64,000 bases of DNA from Eledone cirrhosa. Its lineage: Eukaryota. The position numbers and the translations under genes are program-made. This document shows, one piece after another, positions 44,286-59,200 of the stretch (the stretch's first letter is position 1; every line of letters starts with the position of its first letter). The notes below the pieces were generated by a model that worked only from the letters and a program-made list of their open reading frames with translations, searched no databases and was not told where the DNA came from. The DNA is taken from positions 245,644,001-245,708,000 of the forward strand of contig OZ024740.1 in assembly GCA_964016885.1 (NCBI GenBank), given 5' to 3'.

Positions 44286-45331
44286 CAACACTAAAGAATA
44301 CCTAACAGAAACAAAAAAAAAAACACAGATCTTATAGCAATTCACTGATGAAAATTTGTTAAGACTGGATATTTTAAATAAAACACATGTTTTATACATG
44401 TTGCACAGGCTTCTAATCATTTAAAGTTATTATATTGTCACAATGCTTTCAAAAATCGCCTTGAAACTTAATTCATATAATTTTTAAAATCTCTAAACAT
44501 CTCATATTATGTTACACTTTTGTTGAAATGTATATTTTTAATAAAAAAAAAATCTAGTCTTTGTTTGTCTTTTGTTTTACTTATTGCTGGAAATTGCAGG
44601 ATGGTAATGCCGGCAAAATACCTTCAATGTTGTCTTTATTTATATAAAGAAAGTAAAGTCAGGAGTCAAACCACAGTGCCAAAGACATCCATGCTGTTGA
44701 TTCAGACAAGGAATTTGTAAAAGACCTTGATACCAAAGCTGCAAACTTAATCCACAGGGAAAAGAACTCTGGAACTCAAGTTAGTCATTTTTTGAAACAT
44801 TGTTTATACAATCTGCAGGGACACCTATGGGAGGAGACAGTGAAAACACCTCCTCTGAAATCCAGACACCGCTGAGAAATGGATAACATCTGGGAAAAGG
44901 AGATCTCAAGAAACAAATGAATGCTTTCTCGGCATTTGAGAATTTGAATATGCGCCAAGGGAAGTAACTATAGTATGTCATTGTAGTGATATCGTTTCAC
45001 CACCATCGCTACCAACGTTATTTTCTAACACAACTTAAGAAAACGTTTAAATATAAATTTGAAAGCAGAGGCAACGGAGAGGAATTCCAGCCGAATCTTG
45101 TCGAGGAGGAACAGAATCCTCATACAGTTTAAATGCACAACAAGTTTCCAATATCGACGCGGCTAAAAGGTGCCAGCAGAAGGGCACCCAGGGATCATGA
45201 CCTGGCTCCCTTAAAAGGTTAAGGGCCGAAACACTTGCATGAGGTGGTGGGTTGCTTCTTCTCTGAAGACCTGTTGTCCAGCTCTCGAGAGAGTTTCTTA
45301 ATAATACTACAATAAATTTATTATACATATA

Positions 45332-45629
45332 TCTATCTATATACTACTAAAACTCTGATCTTGATTGGTTGTTTGCTTGCTTGCACATACTTTCTCTCTA
45401 TATATATATGTTCATATTTGTGTATATACAGGTTGTCCCCCCAAAAATGTATACCCACTTTGATTGCCTATACATGCATTATTTGTTAGGATGGTGTATA
45501 CATTTTTAGGGACCCCGGTATTATTATATATATATATATATATAGTGTCCCCAAAAAATGTATACACACTTTGATTACCTGTACAGGCAATATATATATT
45601 AGAATGGTGTATACATTTTTAGGGACCTT

Positions 45630-45677
<48 letters not shown>

Positions 45678-46064
45678 GTGTCCCCGAAAAATGTATACAC
45701 ACTTTGATTACCTGTACAGGCAATATATATATTAGAATCGTGTATACATTTTTAGGGACACCGGTATATATATATATGGTGTCCCTGAAAAATATATACA
45801 CACTTTGATTACCTGTACAAACAATACATATATTAGAATGGCGTATACATTTTTCAGGACCCAGGTATATATATATATGGTGCCCCCGAAAAATGTATAC
45901 ACACTTTGATTACCTGTACAGGCAATATATATATTAGAATGGTGTATACATTTTTAGGGACACCGGTATATATATATATATATATGATGTCCCTGAAAAA
46001 TGTATACATGCTTTGATTACCTGTACTAGACTACTCGTGACCCGTTGGGTCACGAGTAGTCTAG
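45332..46064 (+). mobile_element. Non-autonomous Helitron-like element containing a tandem array of a Tc1-type MITE
   Basis: 5' TCTATATACTACTAAAAC; 5-6 palindromic ~90-bp units GTGTCCCC.AAAAATGTATAC..GTATACATTTTTAGGGACACC separated by (TA)n; 3' perfect 20-bp hairpin ending CTAG. Confidence 0.65.
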
Positions 46065-46207
46065 TATATAACTACAATTTCCAATGTCATACATACATAC
46101 ATGCAGCTCGTGTCAAGGGAAGCAACTCAATCCAACGCAAAAAAAGTTTGTATATTCTAAATTTAACCATTTCAATATCACATTCTCCTCACACGGGCCT
46201 CCTCATA

Positions 46208-47680
46208 TTCATCATCATCATCACCGTTTTACGTCCGTTCTTCCACGCTAGCATGGGTTAGACGGGTTGTCCTGTTGTGGGCAGTGTCTGGTTGGCTGAC
46301 CATGCCTTGCTCATACAGGAACTGATTTGGCTTGATTTCTACAGCTGGATGCCCTTCCTAACACCAACCTCATTTACAGTGAGTGCTGGGTGCTTTTTCA
46401 TGGCGCCTACACGTCCACTTTACAGTGTGGGCTGGGTGCTTTTTTTGCCGTGGCACCTCCACGACCACCTTGCGGTGGGGGTTGTGGGGGCATATTGTCT
46501 ATATGCTTCAGCTTGTACCCATGGGAGGTCGGGTACTCTGTATTACTGTGTGAAGCCAGAGGTCACGGTCGTGTGTCATTGCCTTTGAGAGGTGTAATTG
46601 GGTAAGGTCGGCTTTTATCACCTCATCCCAGGTCATCTTGGGTCTCCCCACTCCACGGTTTCCATCGACTTCTAGTGCTCTGCACCTTTTTATGCAGTTG
46701 TCATCGTTCATACGCATCACATGTCCATACCAGCGCAACCGCCTTTCCTGCACACAGCATTTGATTCCTCTTATGCTCAGTCTCTCTCTCAATTCATTTA
46801 TGCTTTGTCGTTCACGTATATTACTGTTACACATCCATCGGAGCATGTAGGCTTCGTTTCTCTCTAATCTACGTAAGTCTTCCACCTTCAGCGCCCAGGT
46901 CTCACTACCATGCAACATCGCTGTTCGGATACACGCATCATACAGTCTGCCTTTCATTCTGAGGGAGAAGCCTTTTGCAGCTAGCAGTGGTAGTAGTTCC
47001 CTAAACTTCTTCCATCCCGTTCTTACCCTAGTTATTGTACTTTCTGAACACCCACCTCCGCTGCTAATTCGGTCACCTAGGTAGCAGAAGCTGTCTACTG
47101 TTTCTACAGAGCCCTCCCAGAGATTGGTGGTACTTGTTTCCTCTGGCTGTTTGCTGCTTGCTGTCCCAGCACAGCTGCTGCACGTGAAGCCTACATTCTT
47201 AATTAAGCTTCCTGAGATCCCGCTACATCTCTTGTGTACCCATTGTTTGCATTTGGGGCAGAGAATGGAGTTCCTACCTACACCTTTCCTACATACTGAG
47301 CAAGCCATTTCCCTGAGGGGATCTGGGTTCTGTTTTCTCGTCTACTTACGACCTTAGTCTTTGTCATGTTGACTTTGAGACCCTTTCTTTCTAGTCCTTG
47401 CTTCCAAGTTTGGAATTTATTCTCTAGTTCTACCATAGATTCAGCTATAAGTACGAGGTCATCAGCATACAGGAGTTCCCATGGGCATCCGGTCTTAAAC
47501 TCCTCCGTTATTGCCTGCAGGACTATGATGAACAGGAGGGGGCTAAGAACAGAGCCCTGGTGGACCCCAACCTGTACGCTAAATTCCTCGCTATACTCAT
47601 TGCTAATCCTAACTTTGCTGACTGCTCCCCTATACATGGCTTGTACCGCTTTCACAAGCCATTCATCTACTCCTAGTTTA
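46208..47680 (-). mobile_element. RTE LINE (PHD type) 3' half
   Basis: ORFs 47278-47655 and 46508-47308, YADD, PHD, (GAT)n tail. Confidence 0.92.
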
Positions 47681-48729
47681 TTAGGGTAAATATATATCTT
47701 TTTTAGAACAGTTAATATAAAACCTCTATTTTCTTAAATAAATGACAAAAGAAACAAATTCAAACAGTATAATTCATGAGGCAAAATTGTTAGCCATAAT
47801 TAAACATAGATCGTACAGAATGCCTTTGTTAAACTAATTAAATACTAAATGATCATAAAGATATCTTTATAAACGAACCCTAAATACAGATTAATCAATC
47901 CAGTGAAAAGCAAACGATGATAGATTTCAAAAATATAAAAATTTAAACAAGTAACAAACTTAAGCCAACTGCATTGTAATGGCTCCACTGAGTGACTAAA
48001 ACTACTATCGAAGACAAATCCAACTGTAGATTTACCCAGTTTGATATTGAGTACAACACATCCATTTCTAGAAGTCTTCTATTTCAAGCTCTAGAATTTG
48101 GAAAACATATATAACCATAACTGACACTGACATTAACATAATAATTGTTTCTACTATTGGCACAAGGCCAGCAATTATCCCAGTGTATTACTGGTACTTT
48201 ATTTTATCGACCCCGTAAGGATGAAAGGCAAAGTTAACCTCGGTGGGATTTGAACTCAGATCATAGAGGTAACTCTATGCTTCAAAGCATGGCGTCCGAC
48301 CCTCTACCGATACTGCCAATCCTCTACCCGATAATAATTGTTTCTACTTTAGGCACAAGGCCAGCAATTACCCAGTGCATTACTGGTACTTTATTTTATC
48401 GACCCATAAGGATGAAAGGCAAAGTTAACCTCGACGGGATTTGAATAATGAATGCAAGGAAGCCATTATTATTTTATGACTATTCCTTATGACAAGGGCA
48501 GTGGATTGGCACTATCGGTAGAGGGTCGGACACCATGCTTTGCAGCATAGCGTTACGCCCCTTTATGATCTGAGTTCAAATCCCGCCTAGGTTAACTTTG
48601 CCTTTCATCCTTATAGGGTCGCTAAAATAAAGTACCAGTAATGCACTGGGATAATTGCTGGCCTCGTGCCAAAAGTAGAAACAATTATTTTATGACAATT
48701 CCTTCTGAGTAAAGAAACACAGAAATGAA

Positions 48730-49150
48730 CTTTCCTATGTATCTCTGGGTAGTTATGATGGCATGGAAATATTTATTTCTTTAAGAAATAGAACAAACGC
48801 AACAAATATAGGACTTGAACAAACTTAGAAAAATACTAATATATTCAGAGAATTTAATATAGAAATTATATAATAGTAACCCGAAAATAGTAAATTTCCT
48901 AGATATAACACTACACCTGAACACAGGCAAACATCAGCCATACCATAAACCTAATTCATAAACAATATACTTTAATAAAGCTTCTTCCAACCACCTGCCT
49001 ACAAATGAAGCAACATCAGACAATATTAATAGATACATTTCCAATCACACTTCAGATAATAACTGAATAAAGTATGTCAGCAATAAGCTAAAATATATTG
49101 ACCAACACTCACCAAGAACTACTAAACAAAAAAAAAAAAAAAAAATATTG
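48730..49150 (+). mobile_element. Decayed Penelope-like RT fragment
   Basis: IVNFLDITLHLNTGKHQPYHKPNS*TIYFNKASSNHLP. Confidence 0.65.
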
Positions 49151-50613
49151 CCATGTGTGAAGTACAAATTTTCAAACTTACTAAGCACCGAAGAAATAAG
49201 TTTATAAGATATAAGAAGTTTGAAAAATTGAGCCTTGTACACGTTTGTTTATATTTTCAAAAGCTGTTTGATTCAGCTCCCTATTTCGACAGTAAGATGT
49301 TGTTAGGGAAATACAGAGTTTCATTCTTCGAAGCAGCCACTAGCAACATTTTTCCATCTCTAGGGGTCTGTATCCAATTTTTATAAGCTATTTTATACCA
49401 ACTGTCTTTAATTGCAGTTCTTTTCTGCATCTGAACTTCCTACATCTTATTATTATATTGTATACAGTACAAATGTGTCCACAAACATGAACTTGATAAG
49501 TTCATATACCTTTGTTTCTCAGATATTATACAATTTTTAATAGTAATTCTGTTAAAGAAAGCTATAATTATTATGGTATTAAAGTCACAAATTTCCAACC
49601 ACAACAAAATATCCCTCAAAATACACTATTATCCTAATGCAAATGTAACTACAGAAATATGACTAATTGTCTCATAAACACCAGTTGAAGTAGCTGAGCT
49701 GTTGATGATAGAGAAAAAACATATATCTTGACAAAAACTCATTTAAAATCCAATACACACATTCCGAAAAGTTAAAAGAAACTGACCCACTAGTCAATAT
49801 TTTGAACAGGAGAAAAGAAACATTTTTGTTAGCATATAAGAAAATTCAATCTACAATCTTTCAAGCATTCTTATTCCAAAATTCAGTTGAACACCCAAAC
49901 ACTGGGTCTGCAACTGCAAAACTCCTGTAATAGCCTTTTCTACTGCTCTCTAACAAAACCCTCATTATTTTGGAGCTGACTGGATCATGCAACCTTCACT
50001 TAGACTCCATCAACTCACTTGTCTCCTCTTATCACCCATATTTTGTTAAACCCTCCAGGTTCTAAACTAACCACTACTCTGTCCTTTCTCCTCAGAATGT
50101 TGGCCTTCTGGAAATCTTCTTGCCTCTGTCTTTTCTGCAAGCATTGACTTGCATCAGTTTAAATGGAACATTAACAGCATCAATCTCACTGGCTTTGAAG
50201 GGTCCATGAAAACTATAGCTAACCTTTCCGCTATGCCTAGTAAATAAAAAGAAAAAGCTGTTTTGTTCCGGAAGACATTTTTACAGCAAAAAACAACCTC
50301 CAAATATTCAAGCTGAACATGAATCTCATCAGCCTGAATTAAAGGCTTTTGCAAAGATTCTGAGCTGTCACTTTTCTTCCAGGCCATTTTAATTTTTTTA
50401 AAAACTTAACAAAAAAGAAAAGAAAAACTAATATTGGCATTTGTTTTTTTAAATTAATAATAAAAGATATTATTTTAATAAAAAATATTTATTTTTAAAT
50501 TTCCTGTAAATTCTAATAGTACACGATAAAAAATGTTTATAGATATATGAGATGTATAAGTTTTGTATAAAATGTAAAAATGTCAACAATATTTGAACCC
50601 CATTCCTTGTGTT

Positions 50614-50693
50614 TTAGTCAAGTTTAGGAAGTCCTGCCACAATTTGGTCTTCAATTCCACATTCATTGGTGCCTCTCTTGATTCGGAAGTATC
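50614..50693 (-). CDS. CTSB: Cathepsin B terminal coding exon
   Basis: Acceptor TTTTCTGCAG; [26 protein letters not shown]; AATAAA on the minus strand at 50488-50493. Confidence 0.95.
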
Positions 50694-53600
50694 CTGCAGA
50701 AAATAACAACATAGACATAAATGAGAAAATTAAAGCTCATTGCATGTATGTGTGTGTGTGTGTGTGTGTATCTATATATACATATATGAGTGTGTGTATG
50801 CATGTGCAGTGCTGTGTGGTTAAGAAGTTCACTTTGCAAACATGTGAACTTAGGTTCTACTCAACTGCATCTTAGGCACATGTCTTCAAATATAGCCCTG
50901 GGTCAACCGATGCCTTATGAGTTAATTTTGTACACAGAAATTGTATGAAACTCATACACACACATTATATATATCTATATCCTTATAAAAAGGAAATTTG
51001 TTTGTTTCTACATTGACAACTAATAACATTAAATAAAATTGATAATAATTAAGGGTTTTCGTGTTTTCAACTAATCTGACCTCCATCAAGGTCGCTGTCG
51101 ACTTATTTTCCGAAAATGGAATAGGGTGGGGGAGAGAATTTATTGCTCTTTCTAGTACAGTGATACTGTCTGGTCATCTCATATGCTATCTATATATAGA
51201 AAGTGAAATACTATTTCAGCTCTCATGCAATCCACCTCTCCGTCGCTCTTTCTCACTTATTTTTTCTATCTATTTGTATGTGTCTCTTACTCTTTCTGTG
51301 TATATATATATATATCATCATCATCATTTTACGTCCGCTTTTCCCTGCTTGCAAGGGTTGGACGGGTCATATTCAGCACAGCATCTCTCCACTTGTCACG
51401 GTCCTTCATCATCTCCTCGGTGAATTTCAGCGATCTGAGGTCTGCTCTCACCACCTCCGCCCATGTTTTACGTGGTCTACCTCTTCTGCGTCTTCCTTCT
51501 ACTGGGATTTCTTGGCACTTCTTTACTCTGCAATCATCCTCCATGCGCATTACATGCCAATACCATCTCAGCCTTCTCTCCTGCACACCACAACTTATCC
51601 CTCTTATACCCAGTTTCTTTCTCAACTCGTCCATGCTTGGTTGTTCATGCACATTGATATTGCACATTTCTTTCCAGCTTCATTTCTCTTCATATCCTCT
51701 GCAGTTGCTGCCCATGTCTCACTACCATGCATCTCACACAGGCATCATATAACCATCCTTTTGTATGCAGGGAGAAACCCTTCTTTGTCAACAAAGGAAG
51801 CAGCTCCCTAAACTTTTTCCAACCCGTCCTTATTCTAGATACCATGGCATCAGAACACCCCCTCCCATGCTAATCTGATCTCCTAGGTACCGGAAGCTAT
51901 CAACCACTTCTATAGAACCCACCTGCATTGGAAAAATGTGTTTATCACTGCGATTAATACTGCCAACTTTCCTTGTACATCTACTGCATACATAGTTTTC
52001 CCTACCTGTTAGTTTGCCTGCTATCCCACTACATCGCTTGTTGACCCAAGATTTGCATTGTGTAAATATCATGGAATTTATGCCAGTTCCTTTCCTACAT
52101 ATCGAACATGGCCCTTTCCCTGATGGAATTGGAGTATTGTCCTCTCTTCTACTTATCAATACTTTTGTCTTAGCTAGGTTCACTCTCAGTCCTCTTGATT
52201 CCAACTGCTGTTTCCATAGCCAGAATTTATTCTCTAGCTCCTCTACTGATTCTGCTATAAGAACCAGATCGTCAGCATAGAGAAGTTGCCATGGAGAGTC
52301 AGCCTTAAACTCCTCTGTTATGGCTTGGAGGACTATAATGAACAAGAGCGGGCTGAAGACCGAACCTTGATGTACTCCTACTTGTATCTGGAATTCCTCA
52401 CTAAACTCCATTCCTACCCTGACTTTACTGAGAGTACCTCTGTACAAAGTTTGCACTGTCCTCACAAGCCATTCCTCAACACCTAGCTTCCTTAGGGACC
52501 ACCAGATGACAGATCGGGGCACCCTATCAAAGGCCTTCTCTAGGTCAACAAAGGCTAAGTATAGTGGCTTATTTTTCTCTAAGAACCTCTCTTGTAATTG
52601 TCTCACCAAGAAGAGGGCATCTGTTGTACTCTTCCCAGGCACAAAACCAAACTGCATCTCATCTAGTCTGACCCTTTCTCTAATTAGTTGTGCTAATATC
52701 TTTTCTGCCACTTTCATAACCTGATCCATCAGTTTTATACCCCTATAATTGCTCCTCTCCAGAACATCCCCTTTACCTTTGTAGCAATTTATGAGAATAC
52801 TGCTGCACCAGTCTTTGGGTATGACACCACCATATATAGCCTGATTGATGATGCGTGCAACCAGTTTAGTGCCTACGTCCCCTGATGCCTTCAGCATCTC
52901 AGCAACTATTCCCGATGGTTCAGCAGCCTTACCATTTTTCATTTCCTTAATCGCCTCTTGGACCCTATATTCGTCAATCTCAATAGCTGGTCCCTCTGTT
53001 GGATCTACTAAGGGTAATTTCTCTCTCTCCCAATCGTTCTCCACATTCATCAGTCTCTCATAATGACATATATATATATATATATGTGTGTGTGTATATA
53101 TTGGAGTTTACTTTCCAGGGCTAACTCCTACACGGGAGGATGCCATCCGTGTAACTTATGCTCGGAGGAAACATTACAAATGCTGTTTACGAAGGACCAA
53201 CTCCTAAACAAAAAAAGACGAACTTGTAGCCGCATGTAAACACCAATTGCGTAGGACTTACCTCGCCCTCAAACCCCCTCATGATCCGAGTGGGTAGACA
53301 ATGGCTGTAACATCCTTCTTTTCCCCACTTGCCGAACAAGATTGGGAAAACCCCAGCATACATAGGTAGATGTACTTCTTTTCTTTTTGCCTTTATCTCT
53401 TCCTTCCAATTCCTCTCCTTTTCCTTTTCCTTTTTCCTCTTTTGCTTAGCCTGAGGCAGCCCACCGCGCTTTTGTAGCATCAGTAACCCCACCTCAGTAA
53501 ATTCTATATAGCATTGGCCAAAAACGCAATACCAGCCAAAAATATAGCAGCTGTTTTAGACTCTAGTTTTTTTTTATTTAATTTTTTAATATTATTTTTA

Positions 53601-56234
53601 TTTATTATTTTTCAATTTAAATTTATTAACTTTTAAATTTTTTTATTTTATAACTTTCCACTCTCAGGTTCTTCCAGAATTCTTTTTTCGCTTGCTTTCT
53701 AGCTAACCTAATTTCATCCACATGCCTTAGAATTTGCTGTATGACCAGCTCCACCCACTCCCTCATTGTTCTACAGGCAAGTTCAGCCACCCACCCAAGC
53801 CATGAAAGATTTAATTGTGTTTACAAGAAATTTTGACCAATCCTTTTGACAACTACAATCTTCCCATATAAGGAATTACCCCTTGAAAAGTTCGGCTATT
53901 TATTACCACGCTAAAAATCTAATTTAGTTCAGAAATAGCCGTCAAAATGGCTTGAGCTCTGCCGTCGGGGTCTTGAACATTTTCCTATATATGTGTGTAT
54001 ATAAATATATATATATATATGTATGTGTGTGTATATATATATACATCCAGGCCGAAACAAATGAGATCGTGTAGGTGTCACGACAAAAAAACACACAGTC
54101 CACGCTGTAAATGTGGCCGTGTAGGCAACACGGTAAAAACCTCCCAGCCCCACACTGTAAATGTGGTTGGTGTTAGGAAGGGCATCCAGCTGTAGAAAAC
54201 CCGCCAGACAGTCCACGCTGTAATGTGGCCGTGTAGGCAACACGGTAAAAACCTCCCAGCCCCACACTGTAAATGTGGTTGGTGTTAGGAAGGGCATCCA
54301 ACTGTAGAAAACCCGCCAGACAGTCCTATGCGAGCAAGACAACCACTCTTGCCTCAAGTGGGAAAACCCCCGTCCAAACCCATGCAAGCGTGGAACACGG
54401 ACGCTAAACCTGATGATGATGATGATGATGATATATATATATACATATATGTGTGTATGTGTATATATATATGTGTGTGTGTGTGTATATATATGTGTAT
54501 GTGTATGTGTGTATATATATATATGTGTGTGTCTGTGTATATATATGTGTGTGTATATATATATATATATCATCATCATCATCATCATCAACGTTTAACG
54601 TCCGTGTTCCACGCTTGATTGGGTTTGGACGGGGGTAGTCCCACTTGAGGCAAGAGTGATTGTCTTGCTCGCATAGGACTGTCTGGCAGGTTTTCTACAG
54701 TTGGATGCCCTTCCTAACACCAACCACATTTACAGTGTGGGTCTGGGAGGTTTTTACCGTGTTGCCTACACGGCCACATTACAGCGTGGACTGTGTGTTT
54801 TTTTGTCGTGACACCTACACGATCTCATTTGTTTCGGCCTCGATGGCGCGGCACTATATATATATATATATATGTGTGTGTGTGCGTGTGTGTGTGTCTG
54901 TGTATATATATATATATAATATGCCCCCACACCCATAAGATGGTGATGATGATCATGATGATCATCACCGTTTTACGTCCGTTCTTCCACGCTAGCATGG
55001 GTTAGACAGGTTGTCCTGTTGTGGGCAGTGTCCGGTCGGCTGACCAAGCCTTGCTCATACAGGAACTGATTCTGCCCTTCCTAACACCAACCTCATTTAC
55101 AGTGAGTGCTGGGTGCTTTTTTCCGTGGCGCCTACACGTCCACTTGACAGTGGGAGGGTGTGGGGGCATATTGTCTATATGTTTCAGCTTCGGCTTGTAC
55201 CCGTGGGGGGTCGGGGCTTCTGTATTACTGCGTGACGCCAGAGGTCACGGTCGTGTGTCATCGCCTTTGAGAGGAGTAATTGGGTAAGGTCGGCTTTTAT
55301 CACCTCATCCCAGGTCTTCTTGGGTCCCCCCACTCCGCGGTTTTCATCGACTTCTAGTGCTCTGCACCTTTTTATGCAGCTGTCATCCTTCCTACGCATC
55401 AAATGTCCATACCAATGCAACCGCCTCTCCTGCACACAGCATTTGATTCCTCTTATGCCCAGTCTCTCTCTCAATTCATTTATGCTTTGCCGTTCGCGTA
55501 TATTACTATTACACATCCATCGGAGCATGCAAGCTTCGTTTCTTTCTAATCTGCGTAAGTCTTCCACAGACAGTGCCCAGGTTTCACTACCATGTAACAT
55601 TGCTGTTTGTATACACGCATCATACAGTCTGCCTTTCATTTTGCAGCTAACAGTGGCAGGAGCTCCCTGAACTTCTTCCATCCCATTCTTACCCTAGTTA
55701 TTGTACTTTCCGAACACCCACCTCCACTGCTAATTCGGTCACCTAGGTAGTAGAAGCTGTCTACTGTTTCTACAGAGTCCTCCCAGAGATTGGTGGTACT
55801 TGTTTCCTGTGGCTGTTTGCTGCTTGCTGTCCCAGCACAGCTGCTGCATATGAAGCCTACATTCTTAGTTAAGCTTCCTGAGATCCCTCTACATCTCCAT
55901 TGTTTGCATTTGGGGCAGAGAATGGAGTTCCTACCTACACCTTTCCTACATACTGAGCAAGGCCATTTCCCTGAGGGGATCTGGGTTTTGTTTTCTCGTC
56001 TACTTACAAGGACCTTAGTGTCTGTCAGGTTGACTTTGAGACCCTTTCTTTCTATATATATATGTATATATGTGTATATATATATATATATAAATATATA
56101 TATGTATATATATGTATATATATATATATGTCTGTATATATATATATGTGTGTGTATATATATATGTATGTATATATATATGCATATATATATGTATGTA
56201 TATATATATATGTGTATATATATATATATATATA

Positions 56235-56269
<35 letters not shown>

Positions 56270-59200
56270 CATCATCATCATCGTTTAACGTCTATCTTCC
56301 ACGATAGCATGGGTTTAGATGGGAATTTTCGCTCTTGAGGCAAGATTGGTCGTCTCGCTCGTATAGGACTGTCTGGCAGGTTTTCTACGGCTGGATGCCC
56401 TTCCTAACACCAACCACATTTACAGTGTGAACTGGGAGGTTTTTACCGTGTTACCTACATGGCCACATTACAGCGTGGACTGTGTGTTTTTTTTGTCGTG
56501 ACACCTACACGATCTCATTCATTTAGGAATGGATGCCGTGGTACCAACATAACTTTACAGAGAAATAAATATATAAATATATATGTGTGTGTGTATATAT
56601 ATACATATGGTGGAAAGAGAAAACATGCACGCTATACAGCACAGGGGATTAATTTGATATATTGGCTCCTGATTCATTTCTATATGTAAGTAGAGCTTCT
56701 TAAATTGAATAGTTCTCAGCTGCTGTTTTTAGCAGTCTTTTGGTCCATTCACACGACCATGGCTTGTATAGCACGCATGTTTTCTCTTCCCACCATGTGC
56801 GTATACTAGTTATCTGATATATTTTTAGTAGTGTGGATCGTATTGTTGGTCCATTTGTTGATATGCCATCAACGGTATGAATCTACACTTTATTTATGGC
56901 AAAACATGCTATATAGCATGTCTAGGTGATATAGTTATAAATGAATGGTTTGTACATTTTAATTTATTCTTTAACTGATATGTATTCTCCATTCCTTTCG
57001 TAGACAATATGTTTTTCACTCTGGTGGTATTCTATCCCCTATAATTGAACACATACCTCTTTGTGTATTTTTCTCTATATACTGTCTCATAAAGAGCCCA
57101 GAATTGATTCCTTGAGCTCATTAAATTATAGGGCATTAACTTGAGTCTTTAACTCCGTTTTTTAATTTGATATATATATATACGTGCACATACCTGCACT
57201 CACACACACATGGATATATATGCATCCACATATATATATATATATACATGATACATGAACACACATTCAGACACTACAATTTTATGCAATTACCTAAATT
57301 GCAGAATATTCCAATCTTACAATTACTAAATATTAATGCAAAAACATACATCAAAATACTAAAAATTAATAGGTTAAAAAAAAGGGAGAAAAATAAATCA
57401 TTAACTAAAAACAAAATACAAAAAAAAAAATACCTTTATCTCCCCAATCAGCGTTCCAGGAATTAACAACAAGCCAGTATGGAATATTGCTCTCGACACC
57501 CCAACCTATAATTTTGACAGCATGACCACCCAAAAATTCTCCTGCTTCATGTTGGTAAACACCTAGTGTTGTGAAAATATACAATAATAGAATGGTCAAA
57601 ATAATGGAAAGACTACCATAATGGGCTGTTTTATATATATTTTTTTTGTGTCTTACTCTGGGATCAGGGGCAGTGCTTATGTTCTTAACAGGTCTGTCTG
57701 AGACACTATCTTCTTTGCCATTTAATCAGAAAGAGAAGATTAGTGTCTATGACCTGATATTCTCTTCAGGGCATTGAAGACTGGTGGGAAGAAGGGAGGA
57801 AGTTATTCTCAAACCAAAGATTTGACCCAAATGCTTGTAACACAGTGCACCTAAGGATCAGGTTGTGGTATTAAACTGAGCAATGGATTAAGTCTACCAC
57901 CCAAGAACTCAGAACACAAAAAACCAGAACAAATACCATAAGGCATCTCTGATGCTCTAACAATTCTGCCAGTTCACTGCCATAGACTAATATTATATTT
58001 TCTTGATCCTAAAATACAATTTTGTCTAGCATTCTAACAAATTGAGATTACTATAGTTGATGTTTTGTTTCGACATGTGCAAGTAATTTAATACACATAA
58101 ATTAGTATGTAATTAAAATTAGAGTGAAGGCATGTGGCCTAGTGTTTAGGATGTTAGGCTTATGATCATAAGGTCATGGATTAGATTCCAAGACCAGATA
58201 ATGTGTTTTGCTATTGGACAAGTGTCTTCCACTAGAGTTTCAGGTTGACAATTGCTGTGATTGAAATTTGGTGGGTGGAAATTGTGTAGAAGCCTGTCAT
58301 TGTTTGATTGGTACTCAATTTTCACTGATACTGAATAAAGGGAAAAAAGAATAATTAAAGTGAAAAAATTGTATAGACCAGATTTATAAGTGACGAAGTC
58401 CTTGTAGACAGAGAAGGCAGCCTCAACAGGTCCATTTGTCATTATCTCCGATCGAATACTATCTTCATCGCTATCAACAGCATAAGATGAATGTCCTGTA
58501 ATTATAAGACATTATATCATTTTCATTTAGAGATACATAGTTGGAAATAATATGGTGTTTAGATTAGGGTTATGCGAAAGACAAGCTAGGAGCTCCAAGT
58601 AAGATTCTGTGCTGTGTGTGCATAGATAGAGGTAAGAACAGGACAGAGTATTCAATGAAAGGGGTCTAGCAATGCAAGTGTTAGCAACCTTATATTGTAA
58701 GTGTAAATAATGGTTGCTAAATTAGACTACATGCAAATTCAAATGTAAAAGTAGTGATAGTCACAATGTTCTGCTATGAAGGAATTTACCTATGTACATG
58801 ACATCCCAGATCATTGACCACTCCCGGTGACAGACAAGAAAAACAACAAACTTTTAAGATTTTTTGCTTACGTTTTTTTTGCTTTTTTTATTTTGACTAC
58901 ATGACCATATATGGACTGTACCCCTTGATAAGTTCAGTTAGATTCCTGTCGTTCTAATCCTCGTGGCTTAGTTCTGATCTAGCTGTTGAAATGGCTGAAG
59001 CTCAGCCGTCGGGGTCCTGATTTTTTTCCTATTACCCACTCTACTACCCCAAGTATCGAGTGCTCTGGTGGGTTATGGTCCACCTGCTATCTTACCACAC
59101 CCTCTTTGCTCCATATATATATGTATATATATATATATATATCTGGGATGAGGTGATAAAGGCCAACCTTACCCAATTGCACCTCTCAAGAGCAATGACA

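Noticed and set aside
45165-45260. Multi-hairpin region with CGAAAC
   Set aside because: No CUGANGA core or NUH site in register.
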